Notes under the pieces: generated by a model
What the model saw: the letters and a program-made list of their open reading frames with translations, nothing else
The model's database searches: none
What the model was told of the DNA's origin: nothing
Translations under genes and position numbers: made by a program
Shown: positions 59,701 through 64,000 of the stretch, one piece after another
How positions within the stretch are numbered: the first letter of the stretch is position 1
Layout of the letters: the number at the start of each line of letters is the position of its first letter
Sequence record: NC_070952.1
DNA length: 64,000 nucleotides
Reading direction: 5' to 3' (one strand)

Positions 59701-61045
59701 CAGGCTTATAGCTGCCGGTCGCATCAATATAGCCTTGAAGCAATGTCGGTACACCTGTCACATTAAAGGCAGGTAGCGTTTCTGGCTTAACGATGATGAT
59801 GTTAACGAAGCCGGTTGCTTTGACAATCGTTCCGTTATCGTTGTAGTTGAATACCCCACTTGCAAGATCTGAAATCTTATCAACGGTATTACCGAAGTTA
59901 GCATTTACAGTTCCTTGATACACCATCGAGAAATCCCGATTGGTTTTGACGTATTGCAAGTTACTGCGACCAGTACTGGATTTCAATGCAGTAGGCGGAA
60001 TCAGAATCTCAACCACAGCACCTTTATAGCTTGCTGTTAATGTCACCTGAATGGTATCGCCATTTGTAGCGGTAACATCAGACGGTACAGAAACCACGGT
60101 CAAGTCATTCGGTAAATCTTTCTCGATCTTTAAATCGATATAGAAATTCTTATGGACTAAACGACCGTTCCAGTCATAGGTGACACGCACAACAATCTGG
60201 TCATTAATTTCAGCAGTTGCTGAACCATAGATTGTTTCACCGTCAATATCCAGCAAATCAGTTGAACGCTCAAGAATGGCATATCCAGACTGAGTGCTTA
60301 ACTCGACGGTTGCGACGGTAGTGATGTCCTGTGACCCTGCGAACAAATACGTGTTCGGGATCGTAAAGGTTTCACCACGGCGACTGGTAATAGAAGCAGG
60401 AAGGTTGGACGTAATCTCAGGAAGCTGGGCTTCTGAAAGAACCAGTTCATAAATGAACAGTGGATACACACCCCGACCAAATGACGGGTCAGTGATGGTA
60501 ACCGTACCGCACTCCAGAGTTTCCCAGTTAATGGAGTTTAAGCTCTCACGCTCAGTAACATACTTTTCAAAGAACAAGTTACCGAAAGCCTGCATTGGAC
60601 CTTCATGAGTTTCTGCCTGTTCCTGAGTAACTAAGACCCCATAGGTGTCTTCATCTTTCAGGTATAACAGTGTCGGCTCAACAGGTGCTTGAAGGGCTTT
60701 GACATAAGCTTTTAATTGATCAACATCATTGATCTCCACCAAGGGAATGGCGAAGTCAGTTAAGATGTCATCCATCTGAACATATTTGATATCAATGTCC
60801 ACACGAGCAAAGCCCGTTTTACGCGACACGATACAAACACGCACTACTCCGTCTGGAAACGTAACAGCGCTCTCAATAACAAGATCACCTGCAACCAGCC
60901 CGTCATAACGTTGTTTTGATAAAGCCAGCTCATCCTCAGGTCCCGTAATTTCCAAACTGGCAATACGGTCTTTAAGGAACTTAATCACTGGGGTATAAAG
61001 AGGGTCATTAATAACCTTCTTATTAACCTTGACTAATTCTGCCAT
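50708..61045 (-). CDS. Giant 3445-aa Ig-like repeat virion fibre/adhesin-like protein
   Basis: About 100-aa T/V/G-rich beta-sandwich repeats, recurrent F.I.AW(D/N)G junctions and a Gly/Pro hinge; AGGAG RBS. Confidence 0.75.
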   Translation of the reverse strand: MAELVKVNKKVINDPLYTPVIKFLKDRIASLEITGPEDELALSKQRYDGLVAGDLVIESAVTFPDGVVRVCIVSRKTGFARVDIDIKYVQMDDILTDFAIPLVEINDVDQLKAYVKALQAPVEPTLLYLKDEDTYGVLVTQEQAETHEGPMQAFGNLFFEKYVTERESLNSINWETLECGTVTITDPSFGRGVYPLFIYELVLSEAQLPEITSNLPASITSRRGETFTIPNTYLFAGSQDITTVATVELSTQSGYAILERSTDLLDIDGETIYGSATAEINDQIVVRVTYDWNGRLVHKNFYIDLKIEKDLPNDLTVVSVPSDVTATNGDTIQVTLTASYKGAVVEILIPPTALKSSTGRSNLQYVKTNRDFSMVYQGTVNANFGNTVDKISDLASGVFNYNDNGTIVKATGFVNIIIVKPETLPAFNVTGVPTLLQGYIDATGSYKPVVTYGDQVIPLTDLSIATGPQGSKQLVDITSVDSTTVSWELINDSQIPGTSARDTFTQVYQWLDPRGVLQTKSFVVQVEVKLDSIVRIVPMPPQPRTVNRYQTGGPTWYLEVNGENSNGLIRSVTVDPIANVDQQYIVNRPEVPNQWFVKQASETQDINYTANFTFTAQVDGVVKTYKFAQDFVIAKYVPGQTNPDLPVNDDDPANPGGGPAPGETGTGPGGPDGPTDPSAPGGENNPDSPGEGDGPYNTNLVAVPTSFTIAGNSDKDYQLTFKVFKGADDVTADSELMSDFIVQPEFITFKNMSYDAAKNQYQITYTKNKGGVSEGCIFSKLKADATPAKTDIARLWLNVNIVQIKILKAIDAPTLIDLDVDKPKDLPLNIEFSGTKLSLNDPNLVITKTGTGTAKITNIGSESLTFINDVWTYVGRSLAENSPLRLQYTDPADGKQYNLSLPFTVRTTFPPMEVLYTASQTIDAKIWDKNTFPLKLMAGDKDWTSALSQTLVVSGNKYVSVNKLNWEVIFAETTATSKIVGLNLYYSVGLSTGQMLPADFKFNLAAWDGVTFIADSHTPDKIDAASGTSGEITATFLYKGNVGTDKVALDVSKSTIPATVVLGTPAYDSGRALYVIPYTLTKGGNGTMKLVFGVSGDVTNTTSISIDTKVAWPDDLNIITQGDNIRGFYEDTVDYPLTLNVAGTPVDLTDANMEITTTVDVADAITLEDTLAGSLKFLLAKGGTVGTSYNYTVSIGIKYTDQVSGKVYTKTLTVPATIRVPSVSVGNNPTITASVFDRGAIPITLIDERGRTVTITSYKVAPAGGTNVTMTAKQEWYVTNGSTAGTAVGQLPLLLGYSMGGADYEIDVLEKFTINRWDGTYFRVTTNQTKIDGQAGIPANINLLALYVGYPSPDMTIDATRSTVPSNISIGDLVPVYNADGSLASYQLPYTLAGQAVSNMKLCYVRGGTPSDVSMQKEGTDFVYIEFTVTSQSSNEPFTLVSYDDAVSVDWGKTATIKVQLKYGDYDLPPNSPGVKYALANADVHGITITGTSKDGIIVKGTRSDIAGSTKVYPETINITYEVGAPQPKTATFNTSAAVSMGPVAVINNDNVAVTIWSLGSFRQAIQFNGVTLSTIDHFDLRDGAKNKYIEVTPPRGYEIIGAEPTTTTQSIPMTAYYKVDGTDALQTVNFDASFRITGSSSVRFKVTASPTSIEGSLGNDTVLTCSPIYKDKPAGANATFKPDLSTIPAELTLKDYKVVNNNYVITFTGAKAGVDKMTLVFWSPDAGTTPDPRDVASVDVNVQVMGELGLEIGNRDNLLTGGNTDTGVYNLQILFGGIPIDNAAEIAAGNLTATREVGAASSTNANVLQLSSWNASSFNYTLAGIVAPNQSVNVSDFINLVYKYGGSNYSRRVEIPLVYTSPAPDFSGWPTAELQVFSKGGLSPTVMCGGVNISSGVTSISNYGETDDKYVTLGGPAKTYEIIYGETTQTTHAVPGRVIGQYRSWPWSALVDINFTIAAWNQKTWYPQITPASWDTYLDLTGKASVGLILKGTYKNSAAVLGTTSLYDPSRTDLKGLVSITGFSVSGGNMQQNFTLNALAKGNDTARICWKWKDGVTPGVENVDYGFTDLPLNIKENSLVGVSAAGVTGGDGDTVTGALVVRLLSTNTQIVNTNTALVIKVVDEKVMKITSLAGSTITVQITAPFTTADGPTTVPMTFTYTDPTTGYVTKGTFDYPVTLKRPADWPVVTQSAPTNTLGYLWTYGPNPFKVVTGGVDVTAQAVPTSCVDDMVGSGDPVTSNYMQLSLDNPVAGTWWWITNKNYSSSQQSRTTKWKLNVPYRGSTVSVDGNFIYIRPGDGANPTPEFQGSTSIAKNLMQDVGDQAELPFTLLWRNYKYSKGVFKPELSGNGTQKFADYFKVVSQRYDDTTGITYLKIEMTQVYQGSMIFVWDKADASASPTIGVDRVSVSTSFYDLTVTDLGSNSWTMWGRQRLGAMVSIKDGDTELVTASRVASLSNDLFRVISTDTNPTIQLYSDTAIPAQSFNLTVGIALPAAYNGRIIKVILPVTLAAYDGNELTWSLTNFSATPVAVAPSPSKSFFFGMTFRGQNVPYNQRSSSTALLRSVNNNTGMMFGTIDFVTPSNWVYYSFGSTIQQVGVKLPVNFIGAGYDQWPAGTLGKNYLEIDVPNAVIYQNALFLYPGDTEPATATGQFGSVLSAPVKFSVGKDVAQNVIAANAGGMAWTLSNAAALSGVLSKPTTNFATATGINFQVDYDNRGDDITVDATVAMKCTATLNSVAVNSTRTYNQKVVIKGTKAGDTIVTTPTAVSGKVWDVGGPAFTITQNGKAIPTSSIKSVTIKDNPYVRRPETTPGTTTRWWEIYNNINASTVAQIEFTVVYTDGVRDHTVVQAVQFTIAAYNGIDLVIALSNLATFNNGITGQVSTGTTANNTTALTVNGSYRGVALDVNTLNKTFGVWTSKSNFPGCTSGTPKTVTVTLTSGVYYYAAFFPTGLTDMDVSQNGTLYFGLLSKENDATAVEGKDYVKVTVPSYVYLPDRFYVISNDATLSGSYGDGTSAGTTIRLNYRIRRGLDLIQNNVGGNTTTGAAITDPNILGVGYASNVGFEPVWFLKELTSTPQKTTRVKFTVNPLGGVVNQSSFFVDVTQISNLTFPTVSGLQTVEANLNQSGGLPFKLTDDAGTDITSQATITAVSSNDYIKLQNGKWYCYNARTGDTNTTVTISYAITYKGNNLVVDQNVNYLVKGYTGQPTVSNVQVVSGKLNDTSSTLPFIINVSGNPVPSNWIISIAGTAANNRVKVGPGLNNAWTIIASDNYKTLSDTVSYQVTVNNGYSTWTVNQDVVFSIQPNEETQPVSATGSMTPITYGETGQVILTGKVGDDTLAGNVTFVPGSSDAKGLVTFGAPTTGDNGTVVIPVTGTKVGKDNLTIHITVNGATGNVSGKDYLDIIVPAEVNYASMEESEDFETSGTGYQNTPVTLTQSVILPTDE
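58960..59135 (-). repeat. Gly/Pro/Asp low-complexity linker inside the giant protein
   Basis: PGQTNPDLPVNDDDPANPGGGPAPGETGTGPGGPDGPTDPSAPGGENNPDSPGEGDGP. Confidence 0.8.
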
Positions 61046-61129
61046 TTGACAGATCTCCTGATATATATAAATATTCTAAGGTAATAAAAATAGCTAAAGC
61101 AAAGAATCCGAACACGCCTACATTATAAC

Positions 61130-61159
61130 TAGAACTTCTGGGACATCCCAGAAGTTCTA
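61130..61159 (-). terminator. Near-perfect palindrome, putative terminator
   Basis: tagaacttctggga-ca-tcccagaagttcta. Confidence 0.65.
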
Positions 61160-61163
61160 TGTG

Positions 61164-63314
61164 TTATTTGGTAAAGGAGAAACTGATCGGGTAAACTGTC
61201 TGGTCAGCAAAACTGAACTTCATTGTCGTTGCTGCTTCAAACACCGGTGAGTTAATATCATAGATATCAAACTGCACCATCAGAAGGCCTTTCTTCGGAT
61301 CGTATTCGGAATACGTCTTCCCAAGTTTAACGCCTTTTTGTTTATCCCAGGATTCGTTATTTAACTGCACTTCACTTGGCGGAGAACTGATCCAACCTTG
61401 AAGGGAGAAATAAACATTTACTTTACTATCACCAATGAACTCGTGTTCAACATACCGAGCAGTACCGGGTTCACGATAACGGGCATCGATCGGTGGAAGG
61501 TGAATAAAGTTACCCAACCCAGATGCGGTTGCAATAGGGGCGATGAAAAGACTGTCGCCATTTTTTAAATCCACAGGGATTGAAATTGCTAACGCACCGA
61601 ATGACTGGTTATACATCTTCTTGTAGGTTGTTGCTTTTACACCGTTAAGCGTAAGCTCGGTAATTTCAGCATTCATTGGGTACTTGTTATCGGTCCCACG
61701 TAATGACCAGATAGACTCAATGTACACTTGTCCACTGACCGGGTCTTTACGGTAACTCCAAACTGGCAAATCCGAAGTGACCTCATAAACAACGTCAATT
61801 TTAACACTGCCCGAATAACTAGATGAAATAGGTTTATCAGTGTTAAAGGTGAAGTTCAGTTTAACCAGGGCACGTTCATCCTCAACTTCAATGGCGGTGT
61901 TAGGGACGCTGAAAGATAACACCCCTTGATCCGCATCGTAGTTTTGACTCTTGATCGTCGCACCGTTGTTAAACTTATCCAAGGTAACTGCATCGAAGAT
62001 ATCGCCGTTGTTTTGACGAACAAACAAATTGAAGTGAACTTCATCGTCGACTACTGTTCCAAGACCCGCAGTGACTCGAACCGGCAGTACATCACTTCCT
62101 ACCAGGATAGAATCTTCAAAGGGAACAGATTTCTCAATTCCAAAAGGAGACAGATCAACACTACCCGTTAAGGTCAACGTGTTTTGCTGATGAGGGTTCG
62201 GAACCACTTTACGCGACAGAATGATCTTGTTACCAACAACACCTGATTCACACCCGCTGGTTACATCCGTTAAATGAAAACCAACCACCGGTGTACCGTC
62301 TTTCCAGAAAACGTGAGCATAGAGTGTTTCTTGTTTTCTTTTATAGGTGTGGCTGTCGATAACGATATTGATATCTGTCTGACCGTTACTCCAACGTTTA
62401 ATTGGCGCACTACCTGTCAGGAAGATAGGAGCATTTTGATTGCTGACTTCATTCAGGTGTAATTTGATCTTCGCTGTACCTTGGTCTTTGACATCAGAAA
62501 TAGGAACATCAAAATGGATAACACCATCAATGATCGAAAAATCTTGAATCTGGTTCGCAATCCCATAAGTCCCGTTATCAAATTGGAATTTTACCGGCAG
62601 GTTTACCGTGACCGTGGTATTAGGGTCAGCCAGGACAACAGAAACCCCTAACAGGTTTTTACCAACCTGAGTGACCTCTACTACAGCGTCATTGGTTTTA
62701 ACTTTCGTTCTGGCAACCCAGTTATATTGCACGCCGTCTACTTCAGCTGCACCCATGACTGCATACGTTTCTTCTCCTCCATTATTAATCGGAGTATAGA
62801 ACGCATAAGGGATACGTTTCTCTTTGGACGGAATCGCTACAGCGACGCCATCGATTTCACGAGTGGCTTTAAGTGCTAATGGATAACGCAGAAGTTTACC
62901 TTCGGTGGTTCCAACTTCAAAACGCATTACACCACCATCAAACGTGATTGGAGTAACCGTTAATGGTGATGGTCCTGGCAGAGTAACATAGAACCGAACT
63001 GGAATGGTTTCGCCGTCCACTACGCCTGAAGTTTGCAGAACCAATTCAACAGGTCCAGTGATGGGGGTCAGTTTGATGTCAAACCAATACATCCCGGTCA
63101 GTGGATCGTAGTATTCATTGAAAGATGTTGCGTTCCCGCCAGGTAGATTATTACCGGACATAAAGGAACGGGAAATAGTAAGACCATCAATGGGTGATTT
63201 GTCATCAGCCCAAACAAGTAAACACGCAACGGTAAGAATATCGCCGGTCAATGCCCCATCGGTTCTGAAATAAATGTCACGGCCATTCACAGCGACTTTC
63301 GCTTCATTGTTCAT
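61164..63314 (-). CDS. Beta-rich 716-aa hypothetical protein, possibly Ig-like virion protein
   Basis: V/T/G-rich alternating strands; GAGG RBS. Confidence 0.65.
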   Translation of the reverse strand: MNNEAKVAVNGRDIYFRTDGALTGDILTVACLLVWADDKSPIDGLTISRSFMSGNNLPGGNATSFNEYYDPLTGMYWFDIKLTPITGPVELVLQTSGVVDGETIPVRFYVTLPGPSPLTVTPITFDGGVMRFEVGTTEGKLLRYPLALKATREIDGVAVAIPSKEKRIPYAFYTPINNGGEETYAVMGAAEVDGVQYNWVARTKVKTNDAVVEVTQVGKNLLGVSVVLADPNTTVTVNLPVKFQFDNGTYGIANQIQDFSIIDGVIHFDVPISDVKDQGTAKIKLHLNEVSNQNAPIFLTGSAPIKRWSNGQTDINIVIDSHTYKRKQETLYAHVFWKDGTPVVGFHLTDVTSGCESGVVGNKIILSRKVVPNPHQQNTLTLTGSVDLSPFGIEKSVPFEDSILVGSDVLPVRVTAGLGTVVDDEVHFNLFVRQNNGDIFDAVTLDKFNNGATIKSQNYDADQGVLSFSVPNTAIEVEDERALVKLNFTFNTDKPISSSYSGSVKIDVVYEVTSDLPVWSYRKDPVSGQVYIESIWSLRGTDNKYPMNAEITELTLNGVKATTYKKMYNQSFGALAISIPVDLKNGDSLFIAPIATASGLGNFIHLPPIDARYREPGTARYVEHEFIGDSKVNVYFSLQGWISSPPSEVQLNNESWDKQKGVKLGKTYSEYDPKKGLLMVQFDIYDINSPVFEAATTMKFSFADQTVYPISFSFTK

Positions 63315-63370
63315 AAATCCTCTTCTATAAAAAGTTCTAAATTCGTGCTGAGCATAGAATTTTCATAATG

Positions 63371-63395
63371 GAGAGTTGGGGGTTACCCAACTCTC
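63371..63395 (-). terminator. Stem-loop after nrdB
   Basis: gagagttggg-ggtta-cccaactctc. Confidence 0.6.
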
Positions 63396-63408
63396 TCACT
63401 ATAGTTAA

Positions 63409-63999
63409 TTACAGTTGGAAATCGTCGAACGCATCAGCGGAAACTTCGGAATCAATCTGCCCAACCAGGTAAGATGATACTTCAACTTCCTGAGGAGCCA
63501 CCTGAACGTTGTCAGAGACCAACCAGGCATTGATCCATGGGATTGGATTAGAGCGGTTCTGATAAGGCATATCGAGACCCACAGCACTCATACGAATGTT
63601 GGTGATATATTCGATGTACTGACAGATAATATCTTTATTCAGACCGATCATGGAACCACCTTCAAACAGGTAATCTGCCCAGTCTTTCTCTTGCTCTGCA
63701 GCCAGTTTGAACATCGCTTGAACTTCATCACGACATTCTTCAGCAATCTCCTGAAGTTCAGGGTCGTCACGACCTGTCCACATCATATTCAGCATGTGCT
63801 GAGTACCGGTCATATGGAGCGCTTCGTCCCTGGCAATGAGCTTAATGATCTTGGCATTACCTTCCATCAGCGAACGTTCGGCAAACGCAAATGAACATGC
63901 GAAGGAGACATAGAAACGAATGGCTTCCAAGGCATTAACAGAATGCAGACAGATATAAAGTTTCTTCTTCAAATCCCGCAGAGAGATGCGAACTTTCTC
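63409..63999 (-). CDS. nrdB: Class Ia ribonucleotide reductase beta subunit, 3' part (continues beyond window)
   Basis: [27 protein letters not shown] (iron ligands) and the C-terminal [16 protein letters not shown] tail as in E. coli NrdB. Confidence 0.95.
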   Translation of the reverse strand, partial: EKVRISLRDLKKKLYICLHSVNALEAIRFYVSFACSFAFAERSLMEGNAKIIKLIARDEALHMTGTQHMLNMMWTGRDDPELQEIAEECRDEVQAMFKLAAEQEKDWADYLFEGGSMIGLNKDIICQYIEYITNIRMSAVGLDMPYQNRSNPIPWINAWLVSDNVQVAPQEVEVSSYLVGQIDSEVSADAFDDFQL

Positions 64000-64000
64000 A

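Noticed and set aside
49798-63894. Short plus-strand ORFs opposite the Ig-repeat genes and nrdB
   Set aside because: Antisense shadows without RBS or motifs.
1-64000. tRNA genes, CRISPR arrays, introns/HNH, IS elements, integrase
   Set aside because: No T-loop/cloverleaf, regularly spaced direct repeats or relevant motifs were found by eye; a tRNAscan or CRISPR scan was not run.

Overview
This window is a segment of a large lytic dsDNA phage genome. Its gene content and style fit a phiKZ-like jumbo myophage, probably infecting Enterobacterales: the NrdB closely follows the E. coli sequence and the virion genes are phiKZ-family-like. Layout: (1) 1-3037: end of a RuvC-like gene, an internally duplicated membrane protein, an overlapping i-/o-spanin-like pair and a probable virion gene. 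(2) 3074-17605: four paralogous tail/baseplate fibre genes, the largest carrying about 19-20 DUF285/BspA-type repeats, plus a central spike gene with an HxH apex. (3) 17626-28480: SbcC/Rad50 ATPase, a signal-peptide lytic transglycosylase, NAD+-dependent ligase, RNase HI and a P-loop/head-protein fusion. (4) 28590-47695: a dense all-plus-strand array of small, probably early genes, including an XRE HTH, a BCS1-like AAA+ ATPase, a kinase-like protein, several paralog families and putative early promoters. (5) 47867-63314, minus strand: a 3445-aa Ig-like repeat protein followed by three smaller related genes, with a beta-rich 716-aa gene upstream. (6) The 3' part of nrdB. The most notable observation is in block 5. 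The gene boundaries cut through Ig-like domains, so one protein's C-terminal strand appears to be the missing first strand of the next. This suggests a phage fibre built by donor-strand complementation, with a possibly self-polymerising subunit and a cap. All homology calls come from motif recognition by eye; no searches were run. No tRNA, CRISPR array, integrase or mobile element was recognised.
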